DNA of 64,000 bases from Acidobacteriota bacterium (GTDB taxonomy: Bacteria; Acidobacteriota; UBA6911; RPQK01; JAJDTT01): positions 3,008,001 to 3,072,000 of the forward strand of contig OZ242374.1 of NCBI GenBank assembly GCA_965209055.1. Direction: 5' to 3'. The notes beneath the pieces were generated by a model. The model worked only from the letters and a program-made list of their open reading frames with translations. It ran no database searches and was not told the DNA's origin. The position numbers were made by a program, and so were the translations under genes. Positions 8,825-16,844 of this stretch are shown here, one piece after another. Numbering within the stretch: the stretch's first letter is position 1; each line of letters starts with the position of its first letter.

Positions 8825-9847
8825 TCACGCGTACTGATTCAGGCGTGATTTGTAGTGCCACGGGAAAGGCCCCGGACGGTGAAAGATACGGTGAACCGCA
8901 CGGCCAGACAGGCCCCAACCATTCGCCACTTCCCGCATTGAAAAACCTAACGCCACTGCTACAGAAATTGCGTGGTCCCTGTCTTCGGTTCGCTGCCTCC
9001 GCTTGTCCGCTCCGATTCTCGCCCTTGTCCGTTGCCGCCGAATCCAGGCCGGGCAATGCCAGTTTCTGGCCGCCCACGCTTGGCGGTATTCCGTCACTTT
9101 TTTCACCGTGGCCCGGACTTCACTTGCAGGGAGTCTCCCCCGGCCCTCTTTCTCGAAGACTTGATTGCGAGTCTCTGCGGCCACGGCCACGTCGATACCC
9201 CGGTTTTCCTTACGTCCGGCCCAACGCATCAACTCTTGGAACATATCCACGTTCCGGCCAATTCCGGTTCGGACTTTGCACGGCATCTTCCAGCCAAAGG
9301 GAATCACCTCTGCGAGCTCCTCCAGGGAGTAACCGCCCTTGTGTTTCCAATGGGTAACGGTGGACCTATCGGCCCAATGCATAGGGTTTCGGGTGAGGAA
9401 TCCGCTGTATCCAGGGTCCGCCGAGGTCTGGCCGTGGTAGTACGAATCGACCCGTTTCAAGAGTTGTAGCGGTTTCGGTCTGGCCTCCGGGTAACGGTGG
9501 ACTGGTTTTCTCAGGGTCCATACGGCATGACAGTGGCCGTTGGCCTTGTTTTGGACAATCCAGGACGGTTCCCGGACTCTCGGCCAGACGATGGCCTCCC
9601 ACATGGCTTGTTCGTCGTCGCAGTCGAGAATCAGGCCGACGTAGGTATTAGCGGCATGGAGTTGTAGAAACGGGTGCCTCCATGCATTGGCCGGGGGGAC
9701 GTGGATCCGAGATTTGAAGTCTCTGCGCCGGGATGCGCCGCGCCCGACGTATCCGCAAACCTTGGGGCGGATATGAGCATCACTCAGGCCGTGGAGCCTC
9801 ACCTTCGGCGGGGCGTCTTCAATGGGGAGTCTTGCCGGTACAGGCAT
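8825..9847 (-). CDS. repA: ColE2/pAL5000-type replicase (primase-like Rep + PriCT + C-terminal HTH)
   Basis: LDCD, NKANGHCHAVWTL, DPGYSGFLTRNP, YSLEEL, GIGRN motifs; C-terminal SMREVANGWGLSGRAVHRI HTH. Confidence 0.88.
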   Translation of the reverse strand: MPVPARLPIEDAPPKVRLHGLSDAHIRPKVCGYVGRGASRRRDFKSRIHVPPANAWRHPFLQLHAANTYVGLILDCDDEQAMWEAIVWPRVREPSWIVQNKANGHCHAVWTLRKPVHRYPEARPKPLQLLKRVDSYYHGQTSADPGYSGFLTRNPMHWADRSTVTHWKHKGGYSLEELAEVIPFGWKMPCKVRTGIGRNVDMFQELMRWAGRKENRGIDVAVAAETRNQVFEKEGRGRLPASEVRATVKKVTEYRQAWAARNWHCPAWIRRQRTRARIGADKRRQRTEDRDHAISVAVALGFSMREVANGWGLSGRAVHRIFHRPGPFPWHYKSRLNQYA

Positions 9848-9940
9848 GGTTCCCTTCGATACGGAAATACTCGGTCACGTCAATTCTTCCTTTTCACCCC
9901 TCGCTCTCAGTCGCCAAACATCCGAGCCGGGGTGGGTCTA

Positions 9941-10309
9941 CTACTTCCCGGCAGGAATCAACGTGGAGGAGTCCATTCTCGCCAGCTTCAAGAGTTCCAC
10001 CCGATCCGCCGCCGGATGGGGATAGTTGTCGTCTCCACTGGTCCGGTGACTCAGGACGTACTCGGTCACCAAGGCCCGAATCACCCGGTTCAACGACACT
10101 CCGTTAAACTGGCTGGCCCAGCGGAGCATCTCTTTTTCGTCCGCAGTGAAGCGGACGCAAAATGTCTTCGGCTTGCCCCGAGCCGGGACCAAGAATGTCC
10201 CCTCGGGCCCAATCACTATAGTGGCCTGGACTTTGCCGTTGCGGTCCATGGGGATTTCTCCCATCACCCGCGCCCCTGCAAACTCATCACCTCTTTGCAG
10301 TTTCTTCAT
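9941..10309 (-). CDS. Ribbon-helix-helix DNA-binding protein
   Basis: ATG 10309 with GGAGGA RBS; KTFCVRFTADEKEMLRWASQFNGVSLNRVIRALV is an RHH signature. Confidence 0.7.
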   Translation of the reverse strand: MKKLQRGDEFAGARVMGEIPMDRNGKVQATIVIGPEGTFLVPARGKPKTFCVRFTADEKEMLRWASQFNGVSLNRVIRALVTEYVLSHRTSGDDNYPHPAADRVELLKLARMDSSTLIPAGK

Positions 10310-10332
10310 TTTCGGGTCCTCCAAATGAAAAT

Positions 10333-10356
10333 TGATATCACTGGAAATGATATCAC
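10333..10356. promoter_or_regulatory. Putative operator: two TGATATCAC boxes
   Basis: Palindromic TGATATCA at 10333 and 10348, just upstream of the RHH gene. Confidence 0.55.
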
Positions 10357-10472
10357 GAATGGAAGGGGAGAGTCCAAACCCTAGACGCACGAGTGGGCGG
10401 GGTGTCGGGAATCCATGACGGACGGCAAATTTGTCAGATCCTCGTTCTATAATCCCCGGTTTTCTGGAGAGA

Positions 10473-10715
10473 ATGATGGAAATGGAATTGGAGCAGAGGC
10501 TAGACGAGATCGAACGGAAGATTGAAGCAGATACGGTCCTCCTAATTGGACTATTTGATCTTGCTTGTACCCCTATAGAGGAACGGAACAGGGAGGGGCA
10601 ACTCGCCTTCATCGCCGATAAGCTCGGTCTTCGATACGAGGGACTGGCTCCGACCAAACGCTACTTGGAGGAGATTGGGAACACATTGCGCGAACTTCAA
10701 AACTACGGAAATTGA
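10473..10715 (+). CDS. Hypothetical protein
   Basis: TATAAT at 10448, GGAGA RBS, ATG 10473/10476; stops 1-3 nt before the tRNA 3' end. Confidence 0.55.
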   Translation: MMEMELEQRLDEIERKIEADTVLLIGLFDLACTPIEERNREGQLAFIADKLGLRYEGLAPTKRYLEEIGNTLRELQNYGN

Positions 10716-10718
10716 GGG

Positions 10719-10802
10719 TCCCCGGCGTGGGACTCGAACCCACACGACCTCTCGGCCACCAGATTTTAAGTCTAGCGCGTCCGCCAATTCTGCCAACCGG
10801 GG
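10719..10802 (-). tRNA. tRNA-Leu(TAA)
   Basis: Minus strand CCCCGGT-TGGCAGAATTGGCGGACGC-GCTAGA CT TAA AA TCTGG, long variable arm, GTGGG TTCGAGT CCCAC-GCCGGGG-A. Confidence 0.95.
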
Positions 10803-10896
10803 ACATTCCCAATACTGATCCAAACTGCGAGTTCCGTACAGGCCAGCAGTCCGGCACAGAGACGGGAACGGTTATCGGTAGCCGCCGAAAGGGGGG

Positions 10897-11262
10897 GTGA
10901 TGAACCTCGTAATCTGTGGATTGATTTATGACGCAATGGGGGTGTCTCTCTTGGGTCTGTCGTTCATCAAAAAGCCAAAAACGATCCGCGATGAAGTTGG
11001 AACGTATTGGAATCTGAACGAGAAGTTGCTCCTGGGGAATGTGAAAAAAGACTTGGATGGAGCAGTCGGAACCTCGATTCTTCTCCTCGGATTTATTTTC
11101 CAAACAATCGGCCAATTTTGTTTCCGGGCCGGGCCGTGGCCCTGGGTGCTTCTTCTTCTTCTTTTTCTCTTCGTCTGTACGTATGCCTCAATGGTACGTG
11201 GCGTCTGGATCCGATACAGAATCAAAAGCGTCAAGCGGACACTGGAAGAATCTGAAGTTTGA
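10897..11262 (+). CDS. Small AT-rich membrane protein (about 3 TM segments)
   Basis: Three hydrophobic stretches; composition much more AT-rich than the backbone. Confidence 0.65.
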   Translation: MMNLVICGLIYDAMGVSLLGLSFIKKPKTIRDEVGTYWNLNEKLLLGNVKKDLDGAVGTSILLLGFIFQTIGQFCFRAGPWPWVLLLLLFLFVCTYASMVRGVWIRYRIKSVKRTLEESEV

Positions 11263-11325
11263 CCACGAGTCGTTCGAGCCGATTCCGCTAGGCGGGGACA
11301 AAGTTGACGCGGGAATCAGGGCGCA

Positions 11326-12366
11326 CTATAAGGAAGGCACTGTTTTCAGACGGGGTCTATCCCAAAAATCCCGTTTCTTCCAGTTGCGGTGCTCTCCAAG
11401 TTGGAAACCCTGATCGGAGTTGACGACGATGATGGTTTCAGTCAGGCGTCCGGCCTGTTCCAGGACCGAAAGCAACCTTCCGACCTCCCGGTCCACGGCC
11501 CGGATCATGCCGTAGTAAGTTCCCCGGGCGAGCCCGATCTCTTCCCGGCTCAGGTGGGGAGCGCCGCTGTAGACATGGATATTCTCCCGCTCGTAACGGG
11601 GCTTTCCCCGGGTCTCCCCGGGTGTCGGAAAAGGCAGATCGATTCGGCTGGGATCGACGAACCAGGAGGGCGTGGTGGAGCAGGCGACGTGCGGCGCGTG
11701 GAAGGAGACGCGCAGGAAGAAGGGCTCCGGCGATCGAACCAGTTCCCGCAGGCGGCCGAGCGCCAGGTTTCCCAGCCGGGCCGTGCGGATCTGGCCGGGA
11801 GGAATGTCGAGCAGGCCCCCGATCATCCATTGATGGGTCTGGGTTCGAACCACCGACAGGAGGCGGCGGCGCCACTCGGAGGGCAGGTGCGGGGTGGGCC
11901 GTCCCCGGTTGTCGAGATACCGGGGAGGGTCGCCCAAGAGACGCCAATCCTCCCGGAAGGCGTGGGCCTTGCCCACGTTCTCGGGGGTGATGCCGGCTTC
12001 GGTCCAGGCCTTGAGGAGGTTCGGGGTTTCGTTCCGTGACCGGGTCCGGTAGCGTCCCGGCTTCGAAGCCGGCTTTCCCATGGCCATGACGCCGGTCTGG
12101 TGCGCGTAGAGACCGGTCTTCATCGAGGTCCGCGATGGGACGCAGACCGGATTCTGGACGATGGCCGTCTCGAAGCGGACCCCCTCGCGGGCGATACGGT
12201 CCATGTGCGGCGTATCGGCCCAGGGCCGGCCGTAGCAGCTCAGCGTATCCGCCCGCCCGTCGTCCAGCATGATCCAGAGGACGCTGGGCGGGGAGGTTGA
12301 GGCCGCGGCGGCGGTTCCACTTCCGGCGAGCAGAAGGAGATAAACGGAGAGGCCGTATCGGGTCAC
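11326..12366 (-). pseudogene. Secreted sulfatase, C-terminally truncated
   Basis: GTG 12366 overlaps the upstream TGA; signal peptide, LDD, CVPSR, FHAPH, SDQG..LGEH..WKK. Similarity stops at ~11357 and the C-terminal part seen in the neighbouring sulfatase is missing. Confidence 0.75.
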
Positions 12367-13907
12367 GGAAACTTCGGCTGTCCGCCTCTCCGCTGGGACC
12401 AGGGCTGGTTCAGATCCATCGCCACGGGATCCTCCACTTCCTTCTGGCGAACCCGAAGCCGGGCCCACATTTCCCGAACCTGGTCCTGGTAGTCCGGAAG
12501 AAAATAGAGGTTCCGCATCTCCTTGGGGTCGCGGCCCAGGTGGTAGAGCTCCCCGTCGCCGGCGGAGCTCACCGTGAGCTTCCAACCCTCGGGCGTGACC
12601 AGGGTCCGGTGCTGGTAGACGTGCCGCCGGTTCCAGGGATGGCTGAAACCCTGTTCGTCGCTGACGACCAGGATGTCCCGGTCGGGGAACTCCCGTCCCG
12701 AGCGCAGGTCAGCGGCCCAGCTCTCTCCCTGCAGGTGCTCGGGCAGCGGCTGCCCCATCAGGTCCAGCAGGGTCGGTGTCACATCCACCTGGCTCACGGG
12801 CTTCCCGACGCGCCGGGAGCGGTCCCACAATCCCGGAACCGAAAGCAGGAACGGTACCTTCGCCGCCTCCTCGTAGCTGTTCATCTTGGACATGAGGCGG
12901 TGGTCGCCCAGCATCTCGCCGTGCTCGCTGGTGAAGACGACGATGGTGTTCTCCTCCAGCCCCAATTCCCGAAGCCGGTCCAGCACGCGGCCCACCATTT
13001 CGTCCACCAGGGTGACCAGGCCCCAGTAGCGGGCCATGGCGTCCCTCAGCTCCTCGACGGTCTGGGGATAGGCGATGGGAAGCTCGCCCCGGATCAACGC
13101 CAGCCGCATCTGCCGCTTGGCGAAGGATACGGTGGGGTCCATCGGTTGGAAAAAGGAATCGGGGATCGGCATGTCGGCCGGGTCGTAAAGGTCCCCGTAG
13201 ACGTTGGTGAAGGGCGGCCCCTGCTTGTGATCGGCGAAGGCGTGGGGCGCCAGGAAGCTCAGATAGAGGACGAAGGGCCGGTCCTTGTGCTGCTCCAGGA
13301 ACCGGATCCCCCGCCGGGCCAGGTAGACCGGCTTGGAGAGTTCCTTGGGCAGGCGGTTGGCCAGGTCGCGGGAATGGCCGTAGGGCTCGTCCGCCTCGAT
13401 CCCCTTCCCCTTCAGGAAGTGGTAGTAGCCGGAGCGCTGGGAATGATCCTGATCCTCGGACCACCATCTTTGATAGATCTCGGTGCTGTCGAAGTCGGTG
13501 AAGCCCCGCTGCTTGAAGATCTCGTTTCCCAGGTGCCACTTGCCGTAGTAGGCGGAGGCGTACTCGGGGTGCTGCAGCATTTCCACCAGGATCGGCACCT
13601 TGGGATCGAGGGGGAGGTTGTTTTTCCATGAGCCGTGCTTATGAGGGTAGAGCCCGGTGAGCAGGCTGGCCCGGGAGGGAGTGCAGACCGGGGCGGACAC
13701 GTAGAAGGAGTCGAAGACGAAGCTTCGCCGGGCCAGTCGGTCCAGGTGGGGCGTCCGGATCTGCTTGTTGCCGTAGACGCCCAGCGTGTCGACCCGCTGT
13801 TGGTCGGTCAGGAATACGATCAGGTTCGGCGGCTTCTCTTCAGCTTCCGCAAAGGGAGAGCCATGGAGAAGGGCCGCGGCCAGGAGAGTTAGGATCCAGC
13901 GTTGCAT
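12363..13907 (-). CDS. Secreted sulfatase (arylsulfatase/choline-sulfatase-like)
   Basis: Signal peptide, PNLIVFLTDQQR, CTPSRASLLTG, GKWHLG, SEHGEMLGDH. Confidence 0.95.
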   Translation of the reverse strand: MQRWILTLLAAALLHGSPFAEAEEKPPNLIVFLTDQQRVDTLGVYGNKQIRTPHLDRLARRSFVFDSFYVSAPVCTPSRASLLTGLYPHKHGSWKNNLPLDPKVPILVEMLQHPEYASAYYGKWHLGNEIFKQRGFTDFDSTEIYQRWWSEDQDHSQRSGYYHFLKGKGIEADEPYGHSRDLANRLPKELSKPVYLARRGIRFLEQHKDRPFVLYLSFLAPHAFADHKQGPPFTNVYGDLYDPADMPIPDSFFQPMDPTVSFAKRQMRLALIRGELPIAYPQTVEELRDAMARYWGLVTLVDEMVGRVLDRLRELGLEENTIVVFTSEHGEMLGDHRLMSKMNSYEEAAKVPFLLSVPGLWDRSRRVGKPVSQVDVTPTLLDLMGQPLPEHLQGESWAADLRSGREFPDRDILVVSDEQGFSHPWNRRHVYQHRTLVTPEGWKLTVSSAGDGELYHLGRDPKEMRNLYFLPDYQDQVREMWARLRVRQKEVEDPVAMDLNQPWSQRRGGQPKFP

Positions 13908-13949
13908 GTTCGTCTCCGGGGAGATTCGCGATTCATCAAATTACCCTGC

Positions 13950-14143
13950 TGCGGGGGAGTCCGGCGGTTAGGAAACCGCCGCTCCAGGAAGGGCGATTTC
14001 CAATCGCCCGTTCTTCCGTCGCCGCTTTGTTGCGGGGGAGTCCGGCGGTTAGGAAACCGCCGCTCCAGGAGGGGCGATTTCCAATCGCCCGTTCTTCCGT
14101 CGCCGCTTTGTTGCGGGAGAGTCCGGCGGTTAGGAAACCGCCG
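13950..14143. repeat. BIME-like tandem array, 81-bp unit x ~2.4, of two REP-like hairpins
   Basis: Units start at 13950, 14031 and 14112. Each has GGCGGTT-AGGA-AACCGCC, and the two complete units also have GGGCGATT-TCC-AATCGCCC. Confidence 0.9.
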
Positions 14144-14176
14144 TTCCTTTTGGGAAAAGATATAGTCCATTCCACG

Positions 14177-15310
14177 TCATTCTCCGGCAACGGCCTGTTC
14201 CAGTTGGCGGGCCGCCTGGCTCAACGCCTTCACCCTTCCGGTCGCCGTGTCCACTCCCCAGACGAAATGCACCGGTTGTCCGCCGAACTGTTCGGCAATC
14301 AGATCCACCAGGAGTTCCGAGCCCCGGCGGCCGGCGATGCTCCATTCCGCGAAACGCGTGCTGGGAACCTGGCCGTCCACCAGCCGTTGCGCCGCCTTCG
14401 ATCCCGACAACAGGTCCCGGTAAGCCTTTTCGGCCTCCTCCAACTGGCGCTTTTCCGCCTCCTCGTCGGCGGACTTCCGCTCAGGCGCGGGGGGTGTGCC
14501 GGCGGTCGGGGCTGTCCCGCCGTCAGGCTCCCGGACCAGGACCGGCCGGTCCCCCGGGCGCGGCGGCCGCGGGGGCTTGGGCTTTTCCGGTTTGGGGGGT
14601 GGCAAGGGGGCCGGTTCGGGCGCAGCGGCGGCCCGTGCCTTCGGTGGCGGCTTGATCTCCTGCTGGGGAGGGGAGGCGGTCGGGGTAGTGCCGGCGCCGG
14701 ATTCATCGGTCTCGACGGGATCCGAGTCGACGGCCGTGGTGGCGCTGGAAGCCGCAGTTTGGCCGGAACCGGCGTCGACGGGCGTCCCGACAGGCGCGGG
14801 GGGGACCGGCGGCTCGGGTGCGGGATCCGTGACGGCGGCCGGAGCCGTTTCCGTTGGAGCTTCTCCACCGCCGATCAGAAGCAGGACCAGGACCGCCGAC
14901 AGAACCACCACCGCTCCGGCCAGAATGGGTGCCATGGGCAGGCGGCGCCGCTTCTCGGTCTTGCGGTCTCGAAAGACCTCGTCGAAGAGGGACGCCGTAC
15001 CGCTGGCGGGGGGAAGGGGCGCGTCCGCCGACGGACCGGGGCCGGCCTCCGAAACCGGAGAAGGAACCCTTGCGACGGAGGCCTCCGCGCCGGCGCGGGC
15101 CTCTTTCTGTCCGGGATGCTGCATCAGGACCTGGTAGGCGTCGTGAATCTCCCGGATCTTGACGGCGGCCTTGGACCGGAGCCGCGGGTGCGATTTCAGG
15201 CGGCTCGGGTCCCACAGCGCCAGGAGATCGTCACGAGCCTCCACGATTTCCTTGACGGTGGCACCCGGCTTCAGGTCCAGGATGCGAAAGGCTTGCTCGA
15301 TATCGGTCAT
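14177..15310 (-). CDS. Membrane-anchored J-domain-like protein with Pro-rich linker
   Basis: N-terminal AFRILDLKPGATVKEI...KIREIHDAYQVL J-fold, single TM, Pro/Ala-rich spacer. Confidence 0.8.
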   Translation of the reverse strand: MTDIEQAFRILDLKPGATVKEIVEARDDLLALWDPSRLKSHPRLRSKAAVKIREIHDAYQVLMQHPGQKEARAGAEASVARVPSPVSEAGPGPSADAPLPPASGTASLFDEVFRDRKTEKRRRLPMAPILAGAVVVLSAVLVLLLIGGGEAPTETAPAAVTDPAPEPPVPPAPVGTPVDAGSGQTAASSATTAVDSDPVETDESGAGTTPTASPPQQEIKPPPKARAAAAPEPAPLPPPKPEKPKPPRPPRPGDRPVLVREPDGGTAPTAGTPPAPERKSADEEAEKRQLEEAEKAYRDLLSGSKAAQRLVDGQVPSTRFAEWSIAGRRGSELLVDLIAEQFGGQPVHFVWGVDTATGRVKALSQAARQLEQAVAGE

Positions 15311-15338
15311 GGGATGATTGTCGACGGGTTGCCGTTGC

Positions 15339-16709
15339 TCAGAAACTCCATGCCGGCCGGCTCTCTCCTCCGGTCAGCACTTCTTCCACGTATGCGCCCG
15401 TATGGGGAGTCGGGGCTTCTCCTCGAAGGACCTCCCCCAGATCGCAGATCCGCATGCCGATGACGTCGTGCCATTTCCCGTCCGCCAGGCGCACCGTATG
15501 GGCGGAGGGGTGGTCCACCCCCCAGGTGAACCCCGACGGGGCCGGACCGAAGTCGCCGGCGCAATGGCGCACCAGGAGAGGCGTCTCCAGGCCCCGCCGT
15601 TCCTGGTCCAGCGGCCAGAACGCCAAGCGCTCCCGGAGCCATCCGCCCAGCCGTTTGTTCCCCTGCTCGTCACGCGGATACCGGTGCCCCGGCACCATCG
15701 GTTCCTCCAGGACGCTGTAAAGGTTGGAGGCCACATAGGGGTCTCCGCTGCGGCTCCTGTTGATGGCGATGGGCGCCGTGGAGACGACGCCGCGGACGTG
15801 GATGACCTTCTTCCAGGGGGCGTCCCCGCCGGTCGATCGCCAGACCCGGATGTCGTTGTAGTCGGGCCCGCGGCCCCCCCGGGCGCAGAAGAGGAGGGTG
15901 CCGTCCCGGTCCCGGACCACGCTGGGCTCGAAGGCGTTGTCGGGCCCGGTGATGGGACTCCAGGAGACGGGTCGCCAACCCTCCCGGCCGCGGCGCCAGC
16001 GGGTCAGTCCCGAACCCCGGTCCTGCTCGATCCGGCCGCCCATGGCGAAGAGCAGGTCCTCGCCGTCGGGGATCGCCGTGGTGATTCCCGGGTTGGACAG
16101 CACCGCGCCGTGCAGAAGCCGGCCGAACGTCAGCCGCGCAGTCGCCGTGACCTGGAACTGCCGGCCGTCGAAGGCCAGCTGGTAAACCTCCATGTAGTCT
16201 TCGCGACGGTCTTGGGGGTAGACCCCCTTCCGGTCCGGAGTCCAGGCGATGACCTGGCTGCATCCGAATCCGGTTCCCGCGTGGGGATGGGGCGATCCGT
16301 CGGCAAGCAATGCGCCCATGGGGACGAAGCCGCCCCGGACCGGGTACTTGACCATGATGGCCGGTTGGCCCGGAGGATCGGAGTGGGGATTCGTCTCCTC
16401 GTGGTTGCGGGAGATGGGAATGGCTTCGCGCTCCCGGAGGCCGGAGAGTTCGCGAAAGAGAAAGACATCGGTCCCGATTTCGTAGTCATGGCCCGACTGG
16501 CCGCGGATGTTGCAGAAAATGGCCGCCGTGTCGGAGGAGACTTGAAAGGGAAACGTCAGGCCGTATCGCCAGGTCTCGTTTGTGGGCTGATCGGGAGGGA
16601 CGGCGACGTCAGGGGAGCCCTTGGTCATGGTGAGCGTCCCCCCGCCGGAACCGGCCAAAACGAATCCCATGGCGTTCGCAAAGCTGCGTCTCGTCAGTGA
16701 ACTGGTCAT
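15339..16709 (-). CDS. Tat-exported sialidase/BNR-like beta-propeller protein, paralog 1
   Basis: TRRSF twin-arginine motif; EPSVVRDRDGTLLFCAR and WRSTGGD Asp-box-like motif. Confidence 0.7.
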   Translation of the reverse strand: MTSSLTRRSFANAMGFVLAGSGGGTLTMTKGSPDVAVPPDQPTNETWRYGLTFPFQVSSDTAAIFCNIRGQSGHDYEIGTDVFLFRELSGLREREAIPISRNHEETNPHSDPPGQPAIMVKYPVRGGFVPMGALLADGSPHPHAGTGFGCSQVIAWTPDRKGVYPQDRREDYMEVYQLAFDGRQFQVTATARLTFGRLLHGAVLSNPGITTAIPDGEDLLFAMGGRIEQDRGSGLTRWRRGREGWRPVSWSPITGPDNAFEPSVVRDRDGTLLFCARGGRGPDYNDIRVWRSTGGDAPWKKVIHVRGVVSTAPIAINRSRSGDPYVASNLYSVLEEPMVPGHRYPRDEQGNKRLGGWLRERLAFWPLDQERRGLETPLLVRHCAGDFGPAPSGFTWGVDHPSAHTVRLADGKWHDVIGMRICDLGEVLRGEAPTPHTGAYVEEVLTGGESRPAWSF

Positions 16710-16724
16710 GATGCGCTCCAAGGC

Positions 16725-16788
16725 GGGCGATGTCCAATCGCCCTTTTTCTCATTTCGGATCCGGCGGTTGGGAAACCGCTGCTCCTAC
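16725..16788. repeat. REP-like hairpin pair
   Basis: GGGCGATGTCCAATCGCCC and, on the minus strand, GTAGGAGCAGCGGTTTCCCAACCGCC. Confidence 0.75.
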
Positions 16789-16844
16789 CCTTTTCCCACC
16801 GGGCCTCCGGCGGATCGCGCCGGTGGGGGTGATTGCCTCATTCC

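Larger units (their letters stand above)
1..10716. mobile_element. Capsid-forming phage-satellite-like (cf-PICI-like) integrated element; left end outside the window
   Basis: Cluster of tyrosine recombinase, portal, HK97 protease, major capsid, HNH, TerL and replicase genes, less GC-rich than the backbone, ending at the 3' end of tRNA-Leu. The right boundary could alternatively be ~11356. Confidence 0.8.

Noticed and set aside
9868-10069. TACTCGGTCAC repeated at 9868 and 10059 as iterons
   Set aside because: Only two copies, one inside a CDS; compatible with chance.
9941-10657. 238-aa ORF as listed in the track
   Set aside because: The RBS and operator support a start at 10309; the extension overlaps the opposite-strand gene.
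10716-10719. tRNA-Leu lacking CCA taken as damage from integration
   Set aside because: The core tRNA at 39574 also lacks an encoded CCA, so this is not diagnostic.
13950-14143. Possible CRISPR array
   Set aside because: Inter-repeat sequences are identical rather than unique spacers, and there are no cas genes; this is a REP mosaic.
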